A DNA stretch of 64,000 nucleotides from Candidatus Omnitrophota bacterium (GTDB lineage Bacteria > Omnitrophota > Gorgyraeia > Gygaellales > Profunditerraquicolaceae): assembly GCA_049517335.1 (NCBI GenBank), contig JBEKSD010000002.1, forward strand, positions 64,001 through 128,000, given 5' to 3'. The translations under genes were made by a program, and so were the position numbers. Below are positions 11,741 through 21,846 of the stretch, one piece after another. The notes beneath the pieces are model-generated. The model ran no database searches and had not been told where the DNA came from. It was given only the letters and a program-made list of their open reading frames with translations. How positions within the stretch are numbered: position 1 is the stretch's first letter; the number at the start of each line of letters is the position of its first letter.

Positions 11741-12291
11741 AAATAAGTACACTAATAAAGATACTGCTTCTGGGTTCGGTTTTAGTTTTAGCAGGCTGCA
11801 CAGTCAGGAGTTATCCTTTAACCAGAGAAAGGGTCAACCAGAGCTTAACAGAAGGTAACCGCGGCTACTTGCAGGGAAAGCCTCCTGTAACAAGTGAAAC
11901 TCCGAGAAAAAAAACGCGCACCGTGCAGATTATTGAGGTGGAACTTAATTCTCCTATTAAGTTTGAAAAGACAAAAAAGGTTTCACCTGAACAAACAAAT
12001 GCAATTTCCGAAGCTGTAGCGGAGCCGGTTATTGAAGGTAACCGCGGTTATGTGAACCAGAGTGAACCTACACAGCCGGAAGCCGGCTTTGAGAAATACG
12101 TTGTACAGAAAAACGATACCTTACAAAAAATATCCATGAAATTCTACAGCACAAGCAAAAAATGGATTAAAATTTATGAAGCTAACAAAGATACGCTGAA
12201 GACGCCGGATAAACTTTATCCAGGGAAAACCCTGAATATACCCGTAGAAGACAGACAAACGTTAAAGGGGGCAGGAGAAAACCTTAAATAG
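11737..12291 (+). CDS. LysM-domain lipoprotein
   Basis: Lipobox LAGC; C-terminal YVVQKNDTLQKIS...IYEAN...LYPG LysM domain. Confidence 0.85.
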   Translation: MKISTLIKILLLGSVLVLAGCTVRSYPLTRERVNQSLTEGNRGYLQGKPPVTSETPRKKTRTVQIIEVELNSPIKFEKTKKVSPEQTNAISEAVAEPVIEGNRGYVNQSEPTQPEAGFEKYVVQKNDTLQKISMKFYSTSKKWIKIYEANKDTLKTPDKLYPGKTLNIPVEDRQTLKGAGENLK

Positions 12292-12300
12292 AATTTATTA

Positions 12301-13248
12301 ATGGAGAGAGCGGTTAAGTTAACCAGCCATCAGGAAGCGCAGGCGCTTTTTGGGTCGCACGATGAAAATATCAAAACCATTGAGAAGGATTTCAAGGTAA
12401 AGATATCCGTGCGGGGAGAACATCTTAAAATAAGCGGAACGGCTAACAACATAAAAAAAGCCGCCGCGCTTATTGACTACATTCTGGCATCTTTACGTTC
12501 GGGAAAATTAGAGTTATGCAGACAGAATTTTTCCGACATCCTCTCCGATTTCCGTTCGCCAAGGGCTAAAAAAGAAAGCCCAGATGTACTAACCGTTTCA
12601 TCCACAGGCAAGTATATCGGACCGCGTACCGCAGGCCAGCGCGAATATGTGGAAGCAATAAAAAAATACGACGTTGTCTTTGGCATCGGGCCGGCAGGTA
12701 CCGGAAAGACATACCTTGCCATGGCTTGCGCGGTTGAGGCGCTTAAAAAACAGGAAGTGCGCAGGATCATTCTGACCCGCCCCGCAATTGAAGCAGGCGA
12801 ATCTTTAGGGTTCCTTCCCGGAGACATGATCCAGAAATTATCTCCGTACCTTCGACCCCTATATGATGCGATTTATGATATGCTTGAAGCCGAGCGCATT
12901 GAAAAATATCTTGAAACAGGCATTGTAGAAGTAGCACCTCTTGCCTATATGAGAGGTAGGACCCTTAACGACGCTTTCATCATCCTTGACGAAGCGCAAA
13001 ACTGCACTGCCGAGCAGATGAAGATGTTCCTGACGCGACTCGGTTTTGATTCCAAAGCGGTAATAACCGGTGATATGACCCAAAGCGACCTTCCTGAAGG
13101 CAAGCCCATAGGTCTGCTGCAGGCAGAGGATATATTAAAGAACATTGAAGGGATTAAGTTAATTTATTTTTCCGGCTCGGACGTGGTCAGGCACGCGCTC
13201 GTCCAGAGGATTATAGAAGCATATGATAAAACAACTCGCTCAGCTTAA
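12301..13248 (+). CDS. phoH: PhoH family ATPase (N-terminal KH-like domain)
   Basis: GPAGTGKT, LGFLPG, YMRGRT and DEAQN motifs. Confidence 0.95.
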   Translation: MERAVKLTSHQEAQALFGSHDENIKTIEKDFKVKISVRGEHLKISGTANNIKKAAALIDYILASLRSGKLELCRQNFSDILSDFRSPRAKKESPDVLTVSSTGKYIGPRTAGQREYVEAIKKYDVVFGIGPAGTGKTYLAMACAVEALKKQEVRRIILTRPAIEAGESLGFLPGDMIQKLSPYLRPLYDAIYDMLEAERIEKYLETGIVEVAPLAYMRGRTLNDAFIILDEAQNCTAEQMKMFLTRLGFDSKAVITGDMTQSDLPEGKPIGLLQAEDILKNIEGIKLIYFSGSDVVRHALVQRIIEAYDKTTRSA

Positions 13249-14617
13249 AATAGGCTATGTGTTTCTGGGATTACTGGCTTTTGCCTTAAGTTATCTTCTT
13301 AAGGTTAACCTTGCCGTCCCCTTAACCCTGATTTGTCTCGTATTTTACCTGCGCTCGCGGAAAGAGAGTATCCGGAATTACAATTTACTTAACCTTTCCC
13401 TTTTATACCTGATTATTTTTGTCGCCGGTTATTTCATTATAGCTGAAGCCTCATGCGTGTTTTGCATTCCTTTCTCAATCGTTCCCATGCTGACTATACT
13501 TCTATTTAACAACTTAGAGCTTGCGCTGGTCATGTCTTTGGCAATATCAATTTCAATTGCCTCACTTACCAATAACCCCTTCGGCACATTCCTTTTATCC
13601 ATCGCCGGCAGCGCACTGGCTATTATGGTCGTAAAAGGAGCGCGCAAACGCACAAACATTATCAGCGCAGGCCTAATTATCGGCATCGGACAGGTAATTA
13701 CTTTAATACTGCTGGACCATTTCTGGATAGGGCAGCCAAAGAGGTATGTTATTCTCCTAATAAACGGCATAGCTTCAAGCATTATCGTGCTGGGCATTTC
13801 CCCGGTATTTGAGTACCTTTTTAAAACAGTGACCAATATCAGCCTACTTGAGCTGGCGGATTTTAATCACCCCTTACTCCAGAGGATGATACTTGAGGCG
13901 CCGGGAACATACCACCACAGCCTCGTTGTGGGGAACCTTTCGGACAGTGCCTGTAGCGCCGTAGGCGCAAATGCGCTTTTAGCCCGCATCGGCGCCTATT
14001 ACCACGATATCGGGAAACTCCAGAAACCGGAGTATTACAGCGAAAACCAGGAACTGACTGAAAACAAGCACGCCGCACTTTCCCCGACCATGAGCAAATT
14101 AATCATCATGAACCACGTTAAGGACGGCATAGAGCTGGCTAAAAAATATAAACTCAGCCCAGTGATAACTGACTTTATTTTTCAGCACCACGGGAACAGC
14201 CTCGTCTATTATTTTTACCGCCGGGCGCTTGAGAATCTGGAAGAGGATGAGGAGATAAAAGAAGACGGGTTCCGTTATCCGGGACCTAAGCCCAACACAA
14301 AAGAAACGGCAATCGTATTGCTGGCTGATTCCGTTGAAGCGGCTACCCGGGCCTTAAAGGACTCTGCGTCTTCAAAAATAGAAGAAGTGGTGCATAAAGT
14401 AATAAACAACAAATTTATTGACGGGCAACTTGACGAATGCGACCTTACCCTGAAGGACCTTGAGAAAATCTCAGCGGTGTTTATCCGTATACTAACTGGA
14501 ATATACCGCAGCCGCGTAAGTTACCCAGAAGAGCAAAAAAGTGCGGAAAATAACAATAAAAAATCTTCAAAGGAAGATTCCCGTCTATCCCAAAAGGATA
14601 AAAACAGCGGTTCTTAA
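13223..14617 (+). CDS. Multi-TM HDIG phosphohydrolase (PgpH-like, possible cyclic-di-AMP phosphodiesterase)
   Basis: Hydrophobic N-terminal half; APGTYHHS, YYHDIGK, QHHG and LADSVEAA motifs; phoH-HD-ybeY context. Confidence 0.85.
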   Translation: MIKQLAQLKIGYVFLGLLAFALSYLLKVNLAVPLTLICLVFYLRSRKESIRNYNLLNLSLLYLIIFVAGYFIIAEASCVFCIPFSIVPMLTILLFNNLELALVMSLAISISIASLTNNPFGTFLLSIAGSALAIMVVKGARKRTNIISAGLIIGIGQVITLILLDHFWIGQPKRYVILLINGIASSIIVLGISPVFEYLFKTVTNISLLELADFNHPLLQRMILEAPGTYHHSLVVGNLSDSACSAVGANALLARIGAYYHDIGKLQKPEYYSENQELTENKHAALSPTMSKLIIMNHVKDGIELAKKYKLSPVITDFIFQHHGNSLVYYFYRRALENLEEDEEIKEDGFRYPGPKPNTKETAIVLLADSVEAATRALKDSASSKIEEVVHKVINNKFIDGQLDECDLTLKDLEKISAVFIRILTGIYRSRVSYPEEQKSAENNNKKSSKEDSRLSQKDKNSGS

Positions 14618-14969
14618 AGTCTTTACCGCGGAAGGTAAAAAATTATCCCTTGATATAACTGTCTCTTTTGTAAATGATAAATTAATCAGGGAATTAAACC
14701 GTAAATTCTTAAAAGTAAACCACCCAACCGACGTACTGGCCTTTGACTTAAGCCGTGCTCAAGGTAAGAAGCATCTGGTTGCCGACTTGGTCATATCTAC
14801 GGACACAGCCGAGCACAACGGGAAAATTTATAAAACTTCCACGCAGTACGAACTGGAACTCTACGCAATACACGCAGCGCTGCACCTTTTAGGTTATGAC
14901 GACCGAACCTTAAAAGGCGCAAACCTCATGAGAAAAAAAGAATGCCAATTCATAAAACAGACGCCTTAG
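14541..14969 (+). CDS. ybeY: rRNA maturation endoribonuclease YbeY
   Basis: PTDVLAF and HAALHLLGYDD motifs. Confidence 0.9.
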   Translation: MRKITIKNLQRKIPVYPKRIKTAVLKVFTAEGKKLSLDITVSFVNDKLIRELNRKFLKVNHPTDVLAFDLSRAQGKKHLVADLVISTDTAEHNGKIYKTSTQYELELYAIHAALHLLGYDDRTLKGANLMRKKECQFIKQTP

Positions 14970-15700
14970 TTTTAAATAAACGGGAATTCCGCGAAACCTC
15001 CCTTATCGCGGATTTATTTACCCGTGATTTTGGTAAAATTTGCGGCTTATTTAAGGCTATCCGCAGCGAACCGACAAAGTTCGCAAGCCCATTGGAAATA
15101 TTTTCGCTCAACGAAATCATCTTCTATTCCGGTAGAAGCTCGTCTCTACATCTGGTGAGCCAGTGCGATATAAAAGATAATTTCGGTGTTTTAAGACAAA
15201 GTATGACAAAAATAGGGGTGGCAAGCTTCATGATGGAGCTTCTTTCGACGCTAATGCCACTGGAAGATAAAAACGAAGAAATATTTGATTTAACCGTAAA
15301 CTGCCTTAATGAACTTAAAGTATGCGCTAATCCCAATAAAATAATGACTATCTTTAAAATCAAGGTGCTCGCACTCTCCGGTTTTAAGCCGCATTTTGAT
15401 TCCTGTATATCCTGTGCGGACAAAGTATCGGGACAGTCGAAATTCAGCCTTGCCTTGGGAGGGCTACTTTGTGGGAAGTGCGAAAAGAAAGATTTTACTT
15501 CGCGTAATATCTTCCGCGGCACAGTAGCGTCCATCCTGCATATTGAAAAAAGCGACTTACGGGGCGCATTAAACCTCGGGATGAACCCCCAGATCAAACG
15601 GGAACTAGAAGCTATCCTAAACGCATTTTTAAATTTTCACCTTGAGAAAGAATTAAAATCCCAGAAAGTATTCAATAAAATAGCGGCAATTTCAGTTTAA
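14942..15700 (+). CDS. recO: DNA repair protein RecO
   Basis: N-terminal OB fold (ETSLIADLFTRDFGKI), CxxC...CxxC zinc finger, ybeY-recO synteny. Confidence 0.9.
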   Translation: MPIHKTDALVLNKREFRETSLIADLFTRDFGKICGLFKAIRSEPTKFASPLEIFSLNEIIFYSGRSSSLHLVSQCDIKDNFGVLRQSMTKIGVASFMMELLSTLMPLEDKNEEIFDLTVNCLNELKVCANPNKIMTIFKIKVLALSGFKPHFDSCISCADKVSGQSKFSLALGGLLCGKCEKKDFTSRNIFRGTVASILHIEKSDLRGALNLGMNPQIKRELEAILNAFLNFHLEKELKSQKVFNKIAAISV

Positions 15701-15730
15701 AGTTTAAAATCAAAAAACTGGAGAAAATAT

Positions 15731-16663
15731 ATGAAAATAGTTATCGTCGGGCCTGGGGCAATCGGCTGCTTATTAGCTTCATTCTTATCCAAGAGCCGTG
15801 ACGAAATCTGGCTGCTGGATAAGAATAGCGCACGCGTAGCTAAAATAAACGAAAACGGGATATCTGTTGAAGGCATATCCGGAGAATGTAGCGTAAAAGT
15901 AAAAGCTACGGTTGAAACAGAAAAAATCGGAAAAAGTGATTTAGTAATAATCTCCGTTAAGTCGTATGATACCAAAGAAGCAATATTGGCATGTAAAAAC
16001 CTGATATCCGATAATACTTCCGTCTTGACCTTGCAGAACGGCTTAGGTAATCTTGAAATTATCGGTGAAACTGTGGGCACAGATAAAGTAATCGGAGGCG
16101 TAACAAATTTAGGCGCGACATTGTTAGGCGCGGGGAAGGTAAGGCATGCGGGTAAAGGCGAAACCATAATCGGGCGCATAGACGGAAAAATCACCGTCCA
16201 GATGCGCCGTATACGCGAGATTTTCAACGCCTGTGGCCTTGAAACAAGGATATCCAAAGACATAAAAGGCATCTTATGGTCAAAATTAATAATTAATGCC
16301 GGCATTAACGCGCTTACCGCCATAACAAGACTGCATAACGGTAGAATAATTGAATTTGAAGGAACGCGCAAAATCCTTCGCGAAACAGTCACGGAAGCAG
16401 TGCGTATTTCAAAAAGGAAAAGAATCAAGCTCATTTATGACGATCCGCTGGCAAAAGCCGAAGCAGTATGCGAGGCAACTTCAGGGAATATTTCATCAAT
16501 GCTGCAGGACGTTTTAAGAAAAAAACGTACGGAAATTGATTTCATAAACGGCGCCATTGTCCGGCAGGCTCAAGAATTAGGCATACCCGTCCCTTCAAAC
16601 CAAATGCTGGTTGACCTGGTAAAAACCATAGAAACAAGTTATAAATTCGCCGTCAAAGAATAG
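15731..16663 (+). CDS. panE: 2-dehydropantoate 2-reductase
   Basis: GPGAIG, LQNGLG, W.KLIINAGIN and SSMLQD...TEID motifs. Confidence 0.92.
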   Translation: MKIVIVGPGAIGCLLASFLSKSRDEIWLLDKNSARVAKINENGISVEGISGECSVKVKATVETEKIGKSDLVIISVKSYDTKEAILACKNLISDNTSVLTLQNGLGNLEIIGETVGTDKVIGGVTNLGATLLGAGKVRHAGKGETIIGRIDGKITVQMRRIREIFNACGLETRISKDIKGILWSKLIINAGINALTAITRLHNGRIIEFEGTRKILRETVTEAVRISKRKRIKLIYDDPLAKAEAVCEATSGNISSMLQDVLRKKRTEIDFINGAIVRQAQELGIPVPSNQMLVDLVKTIETSYKFAVKE

Positions 16664-16671
16664 ACGAACAG

Positions 16672-18381
16672 ATGAATGTAGCTGAACTTAGCGCACTATT
16701 CCGCAATATTGCAAGCATACTGGAAATAAGGGGCGAGAATGTTTTCCGTATCCGCGCGTACGAGAAAGCCGCCGAAAGTATTGAGCGTTTCCCTAATACG
16801 CTTGAAACCCTGATTAAAGAAGACAGGCTTAGCGAAATCCCCGGTATCGGCAAAGACCTCTCGTTAAAGATTAAAGAATTCTACGCAACAGGAAAGATCA
16901 AAGCTTACGAAGACCTAAAAAAAACAATCCCCCAAGGCCTGCTTGAGCTCCTTAATATCCCTTCGGTCGGCCCGAAAACTGCAAAACTCCTTTTTGAAAA
17001 ATTAAAAATTAAGAGCCTTGCCGACCTTGAAAAAGCCATCAAGCAGAATAAATTAACCGGGCTAGCCGGAATAAAAGAGAAAACGATCCAAAATATCGCA
17101 AAAGGCCTTGAAATATTAAAAAAGGGGAGAAAACGCATGACCCTCCAGCAGGCAATGGACCTTTCAGATACTTTCCTCTCCAATATGAGCAAGACCCCCG
17201 AAGTAAAAGACATTGAAACTGCGGGATCCCTGCGGAGGAAAACGGAAACTGTCGGTGACATTGATATACTGATTACCTCAAAAGAACCGGAAAAAATAAT
17301 GGATCTTTTTGTAAAATTACCCGACGTAAAAACTGTTTTAGCTAAAGGCGAAACTAAATCCTCAATACGCACCAAAAACGACATTCAGGTTGACTGCCGC
17401 GTGGTTGAACAAAGGTCATTCGGGGCTGCCTTATTATATTTTACCGGCTCCAAAGACTTTAATATCAGGCTCCGGCAGCTTGCTATAAAAAAAGGGTTAA
17501 AAATAAATGAATACGGCGTATTCAGGAAGGATAAATTTATCTGCGGCAGGACGGAAGAGGAGATCTTTAAGACCCTCGGCATGAGTTTCGTGGTGCCTGA
17601 ATTGCGAGAAAACAGAGGGGAGATAGAGCTGGCTTTAAAGGGAAAATTACCTGAGCTGATCGGGTTAAAAGACATTAAAGGTGACCTACATGTTCATTCC
17701 GAATGGTCTGACGGGCTTAACTCCATTACCGAGATGGCCGAGGCAGCAAAGGCTTTAGGATATTCCTATATTGCCGCAACCGACCACTCACAAAGTTTAA
17801 AAGTCGCTGGTGGCTTAAACGTTAAGAGACTGCTGGAGAAAAAAAAGGAAATTGAAAAAATTAACTCACGCTTGAGTAATTTCAGGGTCCTCTTAGGTAC
17901 GGAAGCAGAAATAGATTCTGACGGTAATATTGATTATAGCGATAAAATCTTGAAAGAAATAGACATCGTTGTTGCCGCCATACATTCTGGTTTTAAACAG
18001 GGGAAAGATAAGCTTACCAAGAGAACAATCAAAGCCTGCTCCAATAAATACGTACATATAATCGCCCATCCTACGGGAAGGCTCTGGGGGATGCGGGACG
18101 CTTATGAACTGGATTTTAAGGAAATTTTTAAGGCTGCCCATGATACGAATACTGCATTGGAAATCAACTCTTACCCCGAGCGCCTTGATTTAAACGACAA
18201 CAATGCCCGTGCAGCAGTTGAAGAAAAAGTAAAATTAGCCGTTAATACGGATGCCCATAGAATTGAACACTTAAAAGCAATACAGTTCGGCCTTGCGGTC
18301 GCCCGCAGGGGCTGGGTGGCTAAAGATGACGTAATCAATACTTTAACAGTAGATAATTTATTAAAAAAAATAAAAAAATAA
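16672..18381 (+). CDS. polX: DNA polymerase X / PHP 3'-5' exonuclease
   Basis: AGSLRR...GDIDIL, YFTGSK, DLHVHS..SDG and TDAH motifs. Confidence 0.95.
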   Translation: MNVAELSALFRNIASILEIRGENVFRIRAYEKAAESIERFPNTLETLIKEDRLSEIPGIGKDLSLKIKEFYATGKIKAYEDLKKTIPQGLLELLNIPSVGPKTAKLLFEKLKIKSLADLEKAIKQNKLTGLAGIKEKTIQNIAKGLEILKKGRKRMTLQQAMDLSDTFLSNMSKTPEVKDIETAGSLRRKTETVGDIDILITSKEPEKIMDLFVKLPDVKTVLAKGETKSSIRTKNDIQVDCRVVEQRSFGAALLYFTGSKDFNIRLRQLAIKKGLKINEYGVFRKDKFICGRTEEEIFKTLGMSFVVPELRENRGEIELALKGKLPELIGLKDIKGDLHVHSEWSDGLNSITEMAEAAKALGYSYIAATDHSQSLKVAGGLNVKRLLEKKKEIEKINSRLSNFRVLLGTEAEIDSDGNIDYSDKILKEIDIVVAAIHSGFKQGKDKLTKRTIKACSNKYVHIIAHPTGRLWGMRDAYELDFKEIFKAAHDTNTALEINSYPERLDLNDNNARAAVEEKVKLAVNTDAHRIEHLKAIQFGLAVARRGWVAKDDVINTLTVDNLLKKIKK

Positions 18382-18423
18382 TTTCTTTAAAAAAATCTTT
18401 GTGATAAAATTAAGCTTAAAAAA

Positions 18424-19248
18424 ATGTTCATAATAATCAATAAAGAAGAGCTGGCGCAGGAAATAACCAAGCTTGAAATCCAGGCGCCGCAAGTAGCGGA
18501 TAAAGCCAAAGCAGGACAATTTGTAAAAATTATCATCAGTGAAAAGGGCGAGGCAGTGCCTTTAACTTTAGCTGATTGGGATAAAGAAAAAGGCACAATT
18601 ACTTTAATTTTTCAGAAAGCCGGTTTTACCACAAAAACATTGGGGTTGCTTAACCGAGAGGACAATATCAACCATATACTCGGGCCACTTGGGCACCCTA
18701 CTGAAATAAAGAATTTAGGGGAAGTTTACTGTATAGGCGCAGGTGTGGGTATTGCCGAACTATATCCTGTGGCGCGCGCTTTTAAGAAAGCAGGGAACCG
18801 TGTTATCGGGATTATCGGCTCGCGCAAAAAAGAGCTGGTTATTCTGGAGGACGAACTGCGTAAAGTTACGGACGAATTATTCATTACTACTGATGACGGT
18901 TCTTACGGAAAAAAAGGACTTGTTACCGATATTTTAAGAGAGTTGTTTGAAGTAATTGAAAAATCTACGCATACCAAATATCCGGCGCAAGTCTATGCAA
19001 TCGGCCCGGTAAGAATGATGCAAGCAGTTGCGGAGTTTACACGCAATTATCAGGTAAGAACTATTGTCAGCGTAAACCCGATTATGGTTGACGCAACCGG
19101 CATGTGCGGCTCATGCCGCTGCACTGTCGCAGGCAAAACTGTGTTTGGCTGCGTGGACGGCCCTGATTTTGACGGGCACAAACTGGATTTTGAAGAATTA
19201 GTAAAAAGACTGGATTCATTTAAAACACAAGAAGATAAACTTAAATAA
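18424..19248 (+). CDS. NfnA/SudB-like FAD/NAD-binding 2Fe-2S subunit
   Basis: AGQFV, GPLG, TDDGSYG and MVDATGMCGSCR...CVDGPDF motifs. Confidence 0.9.
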   Translation: MFIIINKEELAQEITKLEIQAPQVADKAKAGQFVKIIISEKGEAVPLTLADWDKEKGTITLIFQKAGFTTKTLGLLNREDNINHILGPLGHPTEIKNLGEVYCIGAGVGIAELYPVARAFKKAGNRVIGIIGSRKKELVILEDELRKVTDELFITTDDGSYGKKGLVTDILRELFEVIEKSTHTKYPAQVYAIGPVRMMQAVAEFTRNYQVRTIVSVNPIMVDATGMCGSCRCTVAGKTVFGCVDGPDFDGHKLDFEELVKRLDSFKTQEDKLK

Positions 19249-19254
19249 TTTTTT

Positions 19255-21846
19255 ATGAAAAATAACGGTATAAAAAATAAAACCGCCCTTAAAACTAACC
19301 TGCACTATAAATCTCAGGACATGGACTTTGACTACATAAATTGTACCACGGAATTACTTTTTGATAAATTCAAAACAACAGAAAAAGGCCTTTCGGAAAA
19401 TGAAGCCTCCCGCAGGCTAGCCGACTACGGCTATAATGAACCCGCCAAAAAAAAGAAAAGAACCATTGCTAGGGAAATTCTGTCCAAGTTCGTTAACCCT
19501 CTAGTTATAGTATTGCTTATCATTGCTGGTTTCTCATTGTTTTTCGGTGAGAAAATAAGCGCTTTAATAGTTTCCCTCATGGCTATTATGAGTGTTACGC
19601 TTGCTTTTGTGCAAGAACACCGCGCAAGCAAGGCAGCTGAAAAGCTTAGCGAAATGGTGCGTACTACCGCCACCGTTATACGTAATGGTAAACCAAAAGA
19701 GATAAGTATTAAGGAAATAGTTCCTGGAGATGTTGTTGATCTTTTCGCAGGAGACATGATTCCCGCTGATTTACGCATAATTTCCTGCAAGGACCTGTTT
19801 ATTAATCAGGCTTCTTTAACCGGAGAGTCTTTCCCGATTGAGAAAGTAGCTACTCCTATTACTCCCAAAAATAATTCTATTTCTGAATTAAATAACATTG
19901 CCTTTATGGGTTCAAGTGTTGTTAGTGGTACCGCTTTGGGTGTAGTCATAAAAACCGGCATAGCTACACAATTCGGAGAACTCTCACGTAAACTTACTAC
20001 CATACGCATAGAAACTAGCTTTGATAAAGGAGTTAATAAGTTTACGATGTTAATGGTTAAGGTAATGATTTGTATGGTCGTGGTTATCTTTGCTATCATT
20101 GCTTTTCGCCATGGGAATTTTATTGAAGCGCTGCTTTTTTCTCTTGGTGTTGCAGTTGGTCTTACGCCCGAAATGCTTCCCATGATTGTAACACTGAATC
20201 TTTCCAAGGGTGCAATTTCCATGTCAAAAAAAGAAGTTATTGTCAAACGTCTGAATTCTATTCAGAACTTCGGTGCCATGGATGTCTTATGCACGGATAA
20301 AACCGGTACTCTTACCATGGACAAGATTGTGTTAGAAAAACACTGCGATGTAGTGAGAAAAAATGACGATGATACCCTACGCTACGCTTACATCAATAGT
20401 TTTTATCAGACGGGCCTTAAGAACCTTTTAGATAGGGCAATACTTAAGTATGAAAAATTACTGGTAAAGCAATATAAAAAGGTTGATGAGATACCGTTTG
20501 ATTTTTCTAGGAAGATCATGTCTGTAGTAGTCGAGGCAGAGGATAAACACAAGATTATTTCAAAAGGTGCGCCGGAAGAGATATTCAAAAGATGTACTCA
20601 GTACGAGTTGGACGGAGAGATTAATGATATTGACCCACTTATTATTTCAGATCTAAAAGAGGAATTTGATAGTTTAAGCGCAGATGGTTTTAGGGTTTTG
20701 GCTGTCGCATATAAAAATTTCGATAATAAGAAAGACGCATATTCAAAAGATGATGAGAAAGATTTGATTCTTAAAGGCTACATTGCTTTCCTTGATCCTC
20801 CAAAAACAAGTTCAAAAAGGGCTATTCAAGCGCTTAAAAAACTGGGTATAGATTTTAAGGTTTTAACTGGAGACAATGAATTAGTCACTAGAAAAATATG
20901 CAGTGAAGTTGGCCTGGATGTCAAAGGGTTAGTAACCGGAGATATAGTAGAAAAGGCAAGTGATAACGAACTAAAAGAGTTAGTGAAAACAACTAATATT
21001 TTTTCTAGGCTTTCACCTATGCAAAAAGAAAGAGTAATTCATGCCCTACATGCCAATGGGCATATCGTAGGCTATCTGGGTGACGGCATAAACGACGCTC
21101 CGGCATTAAAAAGTTCGGATGTCGGGATTTCGGTAAATAATGCAGTAGATATTGCCAAGGAATCGGCTGATATCATCTTGCTTAAAAAGAGCCTTATGGT
21201 CTTAGAGGACGGTGTAGTAGAGGGAAGAAAAGTCTTCGGTAATATTATTAAATATATTAAGATGGGTTCAAGCTCTAACTTCGGGAACATGTTTAGCATG
21301 ACTGGCGGTAGCTTGTTTTTGCCGTTTTTGCCGATGTTGCCTATCCAGATTCTTTTGAATAATTTCCTTTATGATGTATCGCAGATTGCGATTCCTACTG
21401 ATCAGGTTGATAATGAATATATACTGAAACCTAGGCCTTGGAACGTTAAGTATATCAGGAATTTTATGATGATTATTGGGCCAATCAGCTCAATTTATGA
21501 TTTTCTAACTTATGGGGTTATGTTATTTATTTTTCATTCTTCAGCCGAACTTTTTCATACCGGTTGGTTTATAGAATCATTATGTACTCAGACTTTAGTT
21601 ATACATATAATCCGAACAGGAAAAATTCCTTTTGTTGAGAGCCGGCCGAGTAGATTCTTAATGTTGATGTCTTTGCTTATAGTTTCTATAGGCATTGCTA
21701 TCCCATTTAGCCCATTAGCTAAACCTTTCGGGTTTGTAAAGCCGCCGCCTATGTATTTTGTGGCACTATTTATTATGACTGTTACTTACTTGTTTCTTGT
21801 TCAATTAGTTAAGAAATGGTTTATTAGGAAGTACGGTTATGAATGA
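19255..21846 (+). CDS. mgtA: Magnesium-translocating P-type ATPase
   Basis: TGES, TPEMLPMI, DKTGTLT, GDGINDAP and SSNFGNMFS motifs. Confidence 0.93.
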   Translation: MKNNGIKNKTALKTNLHYKSQDMDFDYINCTTELLFDKFKTTEKGLSENEASRRLADYGYNEPAKKKKRTIAREILSKFVNPLVIVLLIIAGFSLFFGEKISALIVSLMAIMSVTLAFVQEHRASKAAEKLSEMVRTTATVIRNGKPKEISIKEIVPGDVVDLFAGDMIPADLRIISCKDLFINQASLTGESFPIEKVATPITPKNNSISELNNIAFMGSSVVSGTALGVVIKTGIATQFGELSRKLTTIRIETSFDKGVNKFTMLMVKVMICMVVVIFAIIAFRHGNFIEALLFSLGVAVGLTPEMLPMIVTLNLSKGAISMSKKEVIVKRLNSIQNFGAMDVLCTDKTGTLTMDKIVLEKHCDVVRKNDDDTLRYAYINSFYQTGLKNLLDRAILKYEKLLVKQYKKVDEIPFDFSRKIMSVVVEAEDKHKIISKGAPEEIFKRCTQYELDGEINDIDPLIISDLKEEFDSLSADGFRVLAVAYKNFDNKKDAYSKDDEKDLILKGYIAFLDPPKTSSKRAIQALKKLGIDFKVLTGDNELVTRKICSEVGLDVKGLVTGDIVEKASDNELKELVKTTNIFSRLSPMQKERVIHALHANGHIVGYLGDGINDAPALKSSDVGISVNNAVDIAKESADIILLKKSLMVLEDGVVEGRKVFGNIIKYIKMGSSSNFGNMFSMTGGSLFLPFLPMLPIQILLNNFLYDVSQIAIPTDQVDNEYILKPRPWNVKYIRNFMMIIGPISSIYDFLTYGVMLFIFHSSAELFHTGWFIESLCTQTLVIHIIRTGKIPFVESRPSRFLMLMSLLIVSIGIAIPFSPLAKPFGFVKPPPMYFVALFIMTVTYLFLVQLVKKWFIRKYGYE

